Positions 18,613 to 26,962 of a stretch of DNA of 42,106 nucleotides are shown here, piece after piece. Origin of the DNA: a virus (lineage: Duplodnaviria > Caudoviricetes); the IMG/VR virus record IMGVR_UViG_3300040734_000049, positions 1 to 42,106 of that record. One strand, given 5' to 3'. The notes under the pieces were generated by a model. It saw only the letters and a program-made list of their open reading frames with translations, searched no databases and was not told the DNA's origin. Position numbers and translations under genes: made by a program. Every line of letters begins with the position of its first letter. Position 1 is the stretch's first letter.

Positions 18613-18831
18613 TTACATCAGGGTGTTTATGTAATTCTCAATTGCTGAAGAATTTTCACGGGTCAGCTTCATATGATCCTCCTCCTTTTCTCTCTTGTCA
18701 TCGTAATCATACCACGAGGCATCAATCATCATTCTCTGCACAGTTGCCCACGCGATGCCGTTATGAAGGTATTCCCACGTCCAGCCGAAGCGAGCACATA
18801 TCTCACCGCGGCGTCCGAAGGGACTTTTCAA
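18613..18831 (-). CDS. Tail assembly chaperone, downstream (gpT-like) segment, probably made by -1 frameshift
   Basis: Opens with TTG in the -1 frame overlapping the GGT-TGA end of the upstream gene; ICARFGWTWEYL...MMID. Confidence 0.7.
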   Translation of the reverse strand: MKSPFGRRGEICARFGWTWEYLHNGIAWATVQRMMIDASWYDYDDKREKEEDHMKLTRENSSAIENYINTLM

Positions 18832-19415
18832 CCCTCGTTGTTTGCCTCTATCCGATGCGGCATCGTTGTCCTTGTCCCGGACATCAACCGAATAGAGTTC
18901 GTAAAATCCGCCAGATTGGATAAGGCATTGATAAGAACAATGATCTCACCAAGTTGCGAAGGGGTTAGGCTGTGATACAAGGCTTCAGATAGTTCGTCGA
19001 GTCCCTTATTGTCATAGCGGTAAACATGTCGGGATCCCTCCTGGGTTATAGATACATAATCCTGACCCATGACAGCCAGTGCAACTATCCTGGCCATCCT
19101 TCGCGAGTTCTCCTTTGTAAGCTTCCAGGCCTCACCGAATGCACCATCTGAACTCAGTTTCTCCTCTTCAATGGAGAGCTCTATCTGGAGGGCTGACATC
19201 CTGTCGAGGGTTGATAGTGTTGGCTCATGGATCCGGAAGGACTCCGTTACCTCCTCCTGTACCCGTCCGCCAAGCAGTCCCAGGATCCCGGGCTTTCTCT
19301 TGCGGATGGTCCTTTTGACATCGAAGGTGATACCGCGGCCTATCAGGAGATTAAGCTCCCGGCGCTCGGCTTCCAGTCTCTCTTTGTCACTCAATGGCTT
19401 TGTTTCCTGTTCCAT
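18828..19415 (-). CDS. Tail assembly chaperone (gpG-like)
   Basis: Between the major tail and tape measure genes; start reassigned to MEQETKPL downstream of the terminator. Confidence 0.72.
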   Translation of the reverse strand: MEQETKPLSDKERLEAERRELNLLIGRGITFDVKRTIRKRKPGILGLLGGRVQEEVTESFRIHEPTLSTLDRMSALQIELSIEEEKLSSDGAFGEAWKLTKENSRRMARIVALAVMGQDYVSITQEGSRHVYRYDNKGLDELSEALYHSLTPSQLGEIIVLINALSNLADFTNSIRLMSGTRTTMPHRIEANNEG

Positions 19416-19435
19416 GTCTGGTAGCTGGTTTTTGT

Positions 19436-19472
19436 AAAAAAGCCCCGAAAACACTTACTGCTTCAGGGCTTT
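19436..19472 (-). terminator. Intrinsic terminator after the major tail gene
   Basis: Minus strand AGCCCTGAA-GCAGTAAGTGTT-TTCGGGGCT-TTTTT. Confidence 0.65.
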
Positions 19473-19496
19473 CGGCATATTTGACTATAGCACGTA

Positions 19497-20249
19497 CTAC
19501 GCGCCGGCCTGGGTGACAGGAACGATTGCCGTCAGACCATCAGCCACAATAGTGACATTGGTCGAACGTGCCTCCGAGTTGCCGTTTGCCAGTACCGTCA
19601 CGGTTACCACCTTCAGTGCACGGGTCACAGTGATCCAGTCGGCACCTACCTCTGCAGCTGCATAGGTCACGTTACCGGTTGAAGTTGCTGTGATTTCCTG
19701 ACCAACAGCATCAGCAGCTGATGTAAAGGTCAGCGTTGTAGGATCGACCGTTAGGCCCGATGATCCGTCATAAGCATGGATAGCCTTTCCGGAAGTAACA
19801 GCCATCGGGGTGACAATGAAGTCAACGAGGAACAAGCCCTTTTTCGTGAGCCTGGCGTTGACAACAGCCTCGATATCGGCATTTGGGATATCAATCCACA
19901 GACCCTGTTCGCTTTTCACGCGGATAGCCTTATTGGCGACTACCTCAGAACCATCCATACCCCACTTGGGAGCATCGACAGTGCCGATATTGGTACCACC
20001 GACGTAGGCTATAAGTTCAGCCACATCAGGATCGAGGATTGAGAAGGTAAGAACGGGAACCTTTTTCTGTTTGAGGCGCACCTCGGGAGCTGCCCGTCCT
20101 TCCTCGAAGTGCTCGGTAACTTCCGCGCGCTCCTGGTTGAGCTGGCATGTCTCCTGGTAGGTCTTCCCGATCTTGGCCATACTGCCGGGCATTGTGCCAC
20201 CAGCGGCGGCGGTCCCGACCAATATTTCAGATAATCCAAGAGTGATCAT
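19497..20249 (-). CDS. Major tail (tube) protein with C-terminal BACON/Ig-like domain
   Basis: Position in the tail module; LTVDPTTLTF...DWITVT..VTVTVLAN..EARSTNVTI..VPVTQAG. Confidence 0.8.
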   Translation of the reverse strand: MITLGLSEILVGTAAAGGTMPGSMAKIGKTYQETCQLNQERAEVTEHFEEGRAAPEVRLKQKKVPVLTFSILDPDVAELIAYVGGTNIGTVDAPKWGMDGSEVVANKAIRVKSEQGLWIDIPNADIEAVVNARLTKKGLFLVDFIVTPMAVTSGKAIHAYDGSSGLTVDPTTLTFTSAADAVGQEITATSTGNVTYAAAEVGADWITVTRALKVVTVTVLANGNSEARSTNVTIVADGLTAIVPVTQAGA

Positions 20250-20265
20250 TTCGTTTAACTATTTG

Positions 20266-20673
20266 TTAGTGAATACTCCATTCAATTCGCAGGTTGACAA
20301 AGTGCTGCGACACTTCCGGTTCTGCAATCACAGTCTGACTCATAACCACCAGGGCAAGACCCGGGATGGTTGCACTCTTCAGGGCTGCCGTGGCTAGCGT
20401 GCCTGCAGTCCTCAGACGGGTGCGGTCGGCTTTCATCTGGTCGGCCCCTCCGATCTTTACCTTCAGATCCGGGATGTGGATATTGACATTAGAATAGCCT
20501 CTCTGTGGTTCGAAGTCCTGTGAAAGGGAAGGTGTATTAATAGTCACATCTTCCTTATTTGATCCCACAGGCCTCTCCCCGGTATAGACCTTTCCGGTGA
20601 TATAACCCGTCAGGGCTGTGTCAGAGGACAGGACCTTGTAGAGTTCGGCTTCTATATCAAATGTCAGTTTCAT
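20266..20673 (-). CDS. Tail terminator or completion protein
   Basis: Lies before the major tail gene; GKVYTGERP; start reassigned to the ATG overlapping the upstream stop. Confidence 0.7.
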   Translation of the reverse strand: MKLTFDIEAELYKVLSSDTALTGYITGKVYTGERPVGSNKEDVTINTPSLSQDFEPQRGYSNVNIHIPDLKVKIGGADQMKADRTRLRTAGTLATAALKSATIPGLALVVMSQTVIAEPEVSQHFVNLRIEWSIH

Positions 20674-21002
20674 ATCCAGATGCGGCAATGAAGTTGGCCA
20701 GAGTCAAATTTCAGTACCTTCCCGCGGATCCGCTCGCGCGTATCTGCAGGAGTATCTTTTACATATACCTCGGTACCCTCTGCAACCGGTGCCGTGCCTT
20801 TCGGGAGATAGATCACCGATGAGTAAGCGTAAAACTTACCATCGGAGGCCTGGATCTCTCTGGCCCTGGGTTCGGTTTCCTCCCGGCATCTTGACAGGAG
20901 AGTGGCTGCCGACGTCTGGGTATTCCAGTTGCCGTCGCCGTCCTGCTGAGATGTCTGAGGAAGGATATCCGTGTACATATAATGTGGGTACTGCGTGATC
21001 AT
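20670..21002 (-). CDS. Head-tail joining (stopper-like) protein
   Basis: Start reassigned to MITQYPHY; DGDGNW, CREE, terminal CRIWI; synteny. Confidence 0.68.
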   Translation of the reverse strand: MITQYPHYMYTDILPQTSQQDGDGNWNTQTSAATLLSRCREETEPRAREIQASDGKFYAYSSVIYLPKGTAPVAEGTEVYVKDTPADTRERIRGKVLKFDSGQLHCRIWI

Positions 21003-21007
21003 AATAC

Positions 21008-21319
21008 CTACCAGAGGTAACTGCGGTTTCGGACCTTCGGGGTCAGGACATTCGGCCGTCCCAGCTCTCCGCAAAGAGAGTTGTACCAGAGCTTCAGGCC
21101 CTCGACATTCCACGTCTTGCTATATCCCCCCTCCTTTACATCACAGAGAGGGAGGATGTTTGACAGGCTGCTGTACATCGCCAGCTTACAAGCCGGTACG
21201 TTTACAGCCGCTGCGCCTGAAAGAGAGTTGTCGACAAGAATGAGTTCTATATCATCTTCTCCAACATCAAACTTTGCAAGCGCGGCCTGCAGGTACTGCT
21301 GATTGGTGGTTATTGCCAT
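21008..21319 (-). CDS. Head-tail connector or adaptor protein
   Basis: Start reassigned to MAITTNQQ; VKEGGYSKTWN...LCGELG; follows the capsid gene. Confidence 0.7.
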   Translation of the reverse strand: MAITTNQQYLQAALAKFDVGEDDIELILVDNSLSGAAAVNVPACKLAMYSSLSNILPLCDVKEGGYSKTWNVEGLKLWYNSLCGELGRPNVLTPKVRNRSYLW

Positions 21320-21335
21320 TGTCCGAAGGGCGTAT

Positions 21336-21367
21336 AAAGGGCGGAGGTGATCACTCACCCCCGCTCT
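21336..21367 (-). terminator. Hairpin, probable weak terminator after the capsid gene
   Basis: Minus strand GAGCGGGGGTGA-GTGA-TCACCTCCGCCC-TTT. Confidence 0.55.
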
Positions 21368-21370
21368 GTT

Positions 21371-22462
21371 TTACTTCGTCCAGCTGGTTCCGTTGGTCTG
21401 CATCAGTACCGAGCGCCCGGCGAGGTTCCATGCAGGGAAGAGGTTGGCAATACCTTCAGTTACTTCCTTGATAGGACTGTCGGTAGAGTACTTCTTGATG
21501 CATGTATGCCCAGACATAACTCTCAGAGCGGCAGTGCCGGGAAGTGTCATGTCAACCGGGGTTTTGTAATGGGTGTTACCCAGTACTTTCGACTCAGAGA
21601 AGAGTACCACATCGCTCTCGAACGGGTTGGCCGTTGCACGGCTGCCGTCAGGAAGCTCGATGGTTATCTCCTGGTCGATCTCGATTATCTGCAGGCCTTT
21701 GAACTGCACCTTGCGGGCCAGCATAGCGTTGACCTGCGTGAGGTCAGGCTCCTGAGAAATGCCGGCAAGGTTGTTCAGATAGGATGCACATGCCTTGTAG
21801 ACCTCCTCCTGTGCCACGAAGCGGGCCAGGGTAGCAGAGTTCATGAAGGCAAAGCGGTAGGTAGCTCCTATTGCCCTTCCGAGAGCGAGAGCTGCAGGGA
21901 TGTCCTTTGTCAGGGGTTTGCCCGAGGTACCTGCCCATGTGGTGTTGACGCCAATCTTCTGGGCACTCGGTATCTGGTAGTCAACATCGAACTCGGTCAC
22001 AACTGCGGCGTTGTTCGTGTTACTCAGAGTCACCTTACCCAGGGAGATCTGACGGAGAGCGATCCACTCAGCGCGGTTTGCAACGCCGTCAAAGCAGAAC
22101 CTGGTATCATTGGCCCAGAACTCAACAAGAGCTCTTTTGGCAGCATCGTCCTTTGCCAGGGCGAGCAGGATGGAATACTCGTTCAGTTCATCCTCAAGCA
22201 TCTCACGGGAGACGGCAATCTTGGGGATGTCTCCCTGAATGCGGGAGATTGCTTCACGGGTCTTCTTTGGGATGGTGGCGCCACGGGCCACAAGGTCAGC
22301 GGCGATCCTGAGACCGGCCTGACCTTCGAGCATTTTCCAGGTCAGGAATTCGGTCCTTTTTACGGGGAACAGTGTCGGGTAGTACAGATCCTTCAGGTTG
22401 TAGGTGTTGACCACAGCCTGCATGTCTTTTTCAGTAAGCCCGACCATTAATGTTGCATTCAT
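21371..22462 (-). CDS. Major capsid protein (lambda gpE-like family)
   Basis: 363 aa; LFP, GDIPKIAVSR, FDVDYQIP; follows the decoration and scaffold genes. Confidence 0.88.
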   Translation of the reverse strand: MNATLMVGLTEKDMQAVVNTYNLKDLYYPTLFPVKRTEFLTWKMLEGQAGLRIAADLVARGATIPKKTREAISRIQGDIPKIAVSREMLEDELNEYSILLALAKDDAAKRALVEFWANDTRFCFDGVANRAEWIALRQISLGKVTLSNTNNAAVVTEFDVDYQIPSAQKIGVNTTWAGTSGKPLTKDIPAALALGRAIGATYRFAFMNSATLARFVAQEEVYKACASYLNNLAGISQEPDLTQVNAMLARKVQFKGLQIIEIDQEITIELPDGSRATANPFESDVVLFSESKVLGNTHYKTPVDMTLPGTAALRVMSGHTCIKKYSTDSPIKEVTEGIANLFPAWNLAGRSVLMQTNGTSWTK

Positions 22463-22480
22463 CGTTCAGTCGTTTTGAGG

Positions 22481-23323
22481 TTAGCGATAGATTATGCCTT
22501 TGAGATCGGACTTGAGAGAGGCAGTCAGCCCGGGGCCGTTAGCCTCGGTAACCACTGCCATCAGCCATGCGTCAGTATGCATGTTCTCGGTAGTACTGAC
22601 ATCGTAGTTCGAGCCTACAATAGCCACCGCAGCAGCTTTTTTGGAGGCCACTTCATAGGTCCTTTCGGTTACCCCGGATGTTGCCGTTACAGAGATCAGT
22701 GCCTCATCATCAGCAAGTGCTTTACCGATCTGGGCTCCGACCGTGATTGTGTCATAGGCATCGTTACCACGGTTGATGGCTGTGATCGTCTTACCTGTCA
22801 TCGGGTCAGCGCCGGTGCCGGCGATGATATCACCTACGACAAAGGTATGACCCTTGTCAACCCTGATATCGGTCACGGTAGTTGTGGAGTGTGCACCCTG
22901 GACAACGCCATCATGGGTAACAGTAGCGTCGGCTGTACACTCGATGATAACCGAGTTCAGCGCCAGGTTGATGCTCATCGTGTTCGAGAGCGTGAGGAGG
23001 TCATATGCGGCATTGCTCCTGTCGACGGCAGAGATAGTCGCATAATCGGTGTAAGCCGGATCTGCGAAGTGATCTCCCACGACGAAATGGCTGCCCTTCG
23101 CGACCTTGATAGATGCTCCTGTTGCGGTGTATGCTTCAGCTACTTTGGCGGTCTTGATGACTTCCATCAGGCCGCTGGTGCCGGCACTCAGAGGAGTCCC
23201 CTCAACGAGGCTTGGACCTCCCAGAACCGACGCCTTAACTGCTACACCGCCCGGGATATCAGCAATTCGGTGAAGGATTGCCTTCACTACCCTGCTGTCA
23301 TTGGAACGGGAAATTTTAAGCAT
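22481..23323 (-). CDS. Head decoration protein with an internally duplicated domain
   Basis: Between scaffold and capsid; two copies of I.V.KG..FVVGD...I.A..R.N.AYD..T. Confidence 0.65.
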   Translation of the reverse strand: MLKISRSNDSRVVKAILHRIADIPGGVAVKASVLGGPSLVEGTPLSAGTSGLMEVIKTAKVAEAYTATGASIKVAKGSHFVVGDHFADPAYTDYATISAVDRSNAAYDLLTLSNTMSINLALNSVIIECTADATVTHDGVVQGAHSTTTVTDIRVDKGHTFVVGDIIAGTGADPMTGKTITAINRGNDAYDTITVGAQIGKALADDEALISVTATSGVTERTYEVASKKAAAVAIVGSNYDVSTTENMHTDAWLMAVVTEANGPGLTASLKSDLKGIIYR

Positions 23324-23337
23324 TTCTTGGGATTGTT

Positions 23338-24072
23338 TTACTTATCCCCGAGTTTCTTACCTTCAAACTTGCTACCCTCGGGTTTGGTAACATCTGTTAC
23401 ATAAGCCTGAACCTCTGCCGACACACCGTCTTTGTTCTTCTTGGTCCCAATAGTGGGAGCAGGAATTTGCCCGAGTCCTTTATCTGCCAGTTCCTGGCTG
23501 ATAGCGGCGATGTCCTGGGTTGTCTCTTCGAGGTAAGCGGTAAAGTCTTCTTCCTTTGCAAAGCTCATGCGCCCGAAATCCTTCAGGATACGGGCTTTTG
23601 TCTGTTCAGGAATAGCTTTGTGCTCATCTTTCCCAAGGAGATCTTCCAGGGTTTTCTTTCGGGATGCGGTTGCCTTATCGGCCTCCAGCGTGCTCAGTTT
23701 CTCTGTGAGAGCCTTGTTAGAATCTATCAGTGATTTTGCCCATGCTGGAACTTCTTTGTCATCGTCGGGTTTTGGGTCTGTGCCGTCGGGTTTCTTCCCT
23801 CCGCCGGAACCTTCACCCTCATCGGGTTTCTTTCCAGTGTCAGGCTTTTTGCCGGCTTCTTTCTTTGCTTTCTCGACTGCCTCGGTTACGCGCTTATCGG
23901 CGTCCCCCTGCAGTGCTTTGAGAAAAGGCTCAACCCCCTCGATTGCTGCATCGATTGCTGTTTCCTCCGTGACGGTTTTAGCCAACATGTCGGCAACCCC
24001 ATCTAACGCTTTATCGCTAAACCCCAAGGTCTTGTACTTGGTTTTCAGCGCTGCGAGGATCTTTGATTTCAT
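23338..24072 (-). CDS. Capsid scaffolding protein
   Basis: Charged helical 244 aa; LQGDADKRVTEA, EVPAWAKSL; synteny. Confidence 0.75.
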   Translation of the reverse strand: MKSKILAALKTKYKTLGFSDKALDGVADMLAKTVTEETAIDAAIEGVEPFLKALQGDADKRVTEAVEKAKKEAGKKPDTGKKPDEGEGSGGGKKPDGTDPKPDDDKEVPAWAKSLIDSNKALTEKLSTLEADKATASRKKTLEDLLGKDEHKAIPEQTKARILKDFGRMSFAKEEDFTAYLEETTQDIAAISQELADKGLGQIPAPTIGTKKNKDGVSAEVQAYVTDVTKPEGSKFEGKKLGDK

Positions 24073-24102
24073 GGTCAGTACTTACAGTTGTTTGATCGAT
24101 CT

Positions 24103-24110
24103 CAAATTTA
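24103..24110 (-). promoter_or_regulatory. -7 element of the capsid operon promoter
   Basis: TAAATTTG, 30 nt upstream of the scaffold start and adjacent to operator copy 2. Confidence 0.6.
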
Positions 24111-24111
24111 T

Positions 24112-24130
24112 GTGTATTACCGTAATGCAT
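24112..24130. promoter_or_regulatory. 19-bp operator-like near-palindrome, copy 2
   Basis: GTGTATTACCGTAATGCAT between divergent genes. Confidence 0.7.
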
Positions 24131-24181
24131 CCGGAGGTTGCAAGACCGGTTATGCGAATTGATATCAACATGAAAGAAATA

Positions 24182-24212
24182 TTTGTTTTATTAAATATAT
24201 CTCGTACATTTG
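24182..24212 (+). promoter_or_regulatory. Consensus Bacteroidota promoter for the plus-strand cassette
   Basis: TTTG-N19-TACATTTG, 27 nt upstream of the ATG at 24240. Confidence 0.75.
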
Positions 24213-24239
24213 CATTAGAGTAATTCAGCTTTATGAAAT

Positions 24240-24536
24240 ATGCCAATCATAAGGACAGAAATAAAACCACCCGGGAGGGCTAAGGCGGGAAGCACCATTT
24301 ATCACCTGCACATGAAGACAGCGAGCAAGATCATTCCTTGCCAGGCTGACTTTTATTTTGGAGGGATTGCAGCGATCTATGAGAACTTTACGGCATCAAT
24401 GCTGGGTATTTCTCAGCAGGGCCTTTACGATTTTGGTATCACCCCTGAGCGACCGTATGAGAATAAGATCTGCAGGATCACTAAAGCGGAGCTGAAACGA
24501 AAGAAAGGTGGTAGAAAGAATCCAAAAACAACATGA
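24240..24536 (+). CDS. Small basic protein with an HTH-like segment, candidate regulator
   Basis: YFGGIAAIYENFTASMLGISQQGLYDFG; basic tail; has its own promoter and fills the gap between minus-strand genes. Confidence 0.7.
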   Translation: MPIIRTEIKPPGRAKAGSTIYHLHMKTASKIIPCQADFYFGGIAAIYENFTASMLGISQQGLYDFGITPERPYENKICRITKAELKRKKGGRKNPKTT

Positions 24537-24539
24537 GAC

Positions 24540-24743
24540 ATGGAAACTCTTGACGACAGACACGAACTCTACAGACCATATGAGGCATCTTGCGCAAGGT
24601 GTAAGCAGGGTTTCGACTCAATTGCCTTCACCTGTAAGGCGTTCCCGGAAGGGATCCCTGATGAGATCCTGGAGGGTAAGGATAAACACCTGAAGCCTCT
24701 GCCCGGCCAAAAGAACGGTATAGTGTTCTCACCGGCCAGCTGA
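24540..24743 (+). CDS. Small Cys/His protein (CxxC...CKAFPEGIP...H), candidate MuF-toxin immunity protein
   Basis: 67 aa, 3 nt after the 98-aa gene; convergent 15-nt overlap with the MuF end. Confidence 0.72.
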   Translation: METLDDRHELYRPYEASCARCKQGFDSIAFTCKAFPEGIPDEILEGKDKHLKPLPGQKNGIVFSPAS

Positions 24744-26411
24744 TAGGCCTTGTTTGGTGTATTCAATTCCAAATCTCTCGGCAAATCGCTTCCATACACG
24801 ATGGTAATGGACTGTCGATGCCTGATCGATGGTCCAGATATCATCATTTATCCTCTGATAAGCATCCTGGATAATTTGTTGCTCGATTCTTGAATATTCA
24901 TACTTTGCCTGCGTCAAGCTGGGCCAGCCCGTTTCGGGTCTTTTCATTGCAAATCTCATCAGAGGAGTCACAACCCTGCACTCAAGTCCATCATTCTTGA
25001 TTGTTAAAAGAACATCATTTGCGCTGAAGGAATTTCCAATCCTTCTAAACGATCCTGCCGGGAAGTCCCAGCCGCTAGGATGGTTGTGAGTCATGATGGC
25101 ATCCTTGAATAGCGTTGACTCATGATCATCAACAGTGACTGAGTTTTTGTTCCCCTTTTTGTCAAGCAGCTTATTGCCGGCTCTGTCGAAGATTACCAGA
25201 GTCTCAAAGGTCTTATTCATCCGGATCTCCTCTTCCCTGGCTTCAATCTTCTTGTAAAGCTCAGCTACAGGATCCGCTATGGGAGATTCGGACGCGATTC
25301 CCTCATTCAGGCCTCCGGATAGCTTGCCTCCCCTGTAATTATCCTGGATGAAATATGGGACATGCCTGGCATTATTGATCCGATCAGTATTCTTTGAGAT
25401 CCAATTCTTAAACCCATCAGGTAGATGAGTCACAGGATTCTCAGGCTTCCATTCCTCTAACCTTCCTTCAGCCCTTGCTTTAACCCTTTCAGCCCACTCA
25501 TCCTTGCTGATCATTATTGCAATCATCCTGCAACGACAGTGAGGGTGCCATCCGAGCCACCTGAATGCTTTTGGGTACCTTCCCTGGAGCTCGTCACAGA
25601 TATCGGTCCAACCGGGTATGATTCCACCCTTGCCATCTGAACAGGTATGGTTATTCGAGAGGCTGATCTCATAACCCACTATCATGGGATTATTCTGATA
25701 ACTCTCCCATGTCGCCTGTCGGTAAGCCCGGGATATCTCTGTCGATGCCAGGCGCAGAGCATTCTTAAAGGAGGACCGGTACCGTCCCGTACTTGGCTTG
25801 TACTTCCTGGCGGCATCACTCAGCTCCAATTGCCCGGTTTCCGGATTGCGGACACGGCGGAACAGCCGGTCGGGATCCTTCAAAAACTTCTGCAGTTCCC
25901 GGGCCAGGTCATCAGCTCCCTTGCCTTCGATCATAGCCTGCTGGATCATTGCCTCCATTTCGGTCTTGACCCCCTCTGTGGCGTTCCAGATACGGTCAGA
26001 GATCTTCAATCCGTCACGGCTCTCATTGTAAAAGGCTTTTGCCGCGTCCTGCCGGTATCCAGCGGTAGCCACCTGGCGGATCTCGTTAAATACCTTCTGC
26101 TCCTCCTCTGTCTTTACCAGGTAAGCCCCGGCATCAGTCCAGACCTTATTTTTCCCCTCCTCCCAGGCCTGCTCCACCCCGTCAAGGATCAGAGTGCCCA
26201 TCTGCTTGCGGATTGAGGTCAGCATGGTGTTGATAGCCCTCTCGACAGCAGGGTTCTCCCTGAGGTGAAACATCTCCCCAGAGGTCATGACCTTCCTGAT
26301 CTGTGGCAAGGATATAGTCTGATCATAGATGTTCTTGATCAGGTTCTGGATCTCTTTATAGATCTTGGCTTGCTGGGCTGCAAACTTCGCCTTCTCGGGA
26401 TCAGTGGCCAT
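24729..26411 (-). CDS. MuF/SPP1 gp7-like minor head protein with C-terminal JAB/MPN-like domain
   Basis: RLASTEISRAY, ICDELQGRYPK, WHPHCRC; C-terminal ETLVIFD...THNHPSG...FSAND. Confidence 0.85.
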   Translation of the reverse strand: MATDPEKAKFAAQQAKIYKEIQNLIKNIYDQTISLPQIRKVMTSGEMFHLRENPAVERAINTMLTSIRKQMGTLILDGVEQAWEEGKNKVWTDAGAYLVKTEEEQKVFNEIRQVATAGYRQDAAKAFYNESRDGLKISDRIWNATEGVKTEMEAMIQQAMIEGKGADDLARELQKFLKDPDRLFRRVRNPETGQLELSDAARKYKPSTGRYRSSFKNALRLASTEISRAYRQATWESYQNNPMIVGYEISLSNNHTCSDGKGGIIPGWTDICDELQGRYPKAFRWLGWHPHCRCRMIAIMISKDEWAERVKARAEGRLEEWKPENPVTHLPDGFKNWISKNTDRINNARHVPYFIQDNYRGGKLSGGLNEGIASESPIADPVAELYKKIEAREEEIRMNKTFETLVIFDRAGNKLLDKKGNKNSVTVDDHESTLFKDAIMTHNHPSGWDFPAGSFRRIGNSFSANDVLLTIKNDGLECRVVTPLMRFAMKRPETGWPSLTQAKYEYSRIEQQIIQDAYQRINDDIWTIDQASTVHYHRVWKRFAERFGIEYTKQGLSAGR

Positions 26412-26413
26412 GG

Positions 26414-26962
26414 TCAGAGAGCTCGGTATTTTGTGCCGTACTGGCCGTTTATGATATCGAAGTACTTCTGCAGGTCCGCCCGTATATCGAGAGTACTGCC
26501 GGTCAGAACATCATATCCCTTGGCTTCGACGTATAGGGCGTAATGCATGCCGGCTACAATGACTGCCACAAAACCGCTTGTGTACCGCTGAGCAATCTTA
26601 TTTGCCAGCATCTCTCCCATCAGGATACCTCTCTGGCCAGAGGCATCTCCCGATTCTGCAGAATTGAAAGAAACTTCCTTCCCCTCCTTGGTGGTGAAAC
26701 TCACAGCGCCACCCCCTCCGATACCGGTACCACCTGTTGCAAAGTCCTGTTGAACCAGTTGGCCATTGTAATAGAGGGCATACCCAATGGAGGAACGAAG
26801 GTTGTTAGTCCGGTCCTTGTAGGTATCCGTAGAACGCGCCCGGTTGACCGCTTCAGTACATGCCATGATATAAGCCTCGGTCACCGCCTGGATAACCTGA
26901 TCATGGAACTGCATGAATTTCTGGTGCAGCTGCTCGGGGGTTGTACGGATCACAAAGCCCAT
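26414..26962 (-). CDS. HK97 gp10-like (tail completion type) protein
   Basis: YKDRTNNLRSSIGY and AGMHYALYVEAKGYDVL motifs. Confidence 0.72.
   Translation of the reverse strand: MGFVIRTTPEQLHQKFMQFHDQVIQAVTEAYIMACTEAVNRARSTDTYKDRTNNLRSSIGYALYYNGQLVQQDFATGGTGIGGGGAVSFTTKEGKEVSFNSAESGDASGQRGILMGEMLANKIAQRYTSGFVAVIVAGMHYALYVEAKGYDVLTGSTLDIRADLQKYFDIINGQYGTKYRAL

Noticed and set aside
21347-23404. Long plus-strand ORFs of 367 aa and 309 aa
   Set aside because: They are antisense shadows of the capsid and decoration genes with no recognisable motifs
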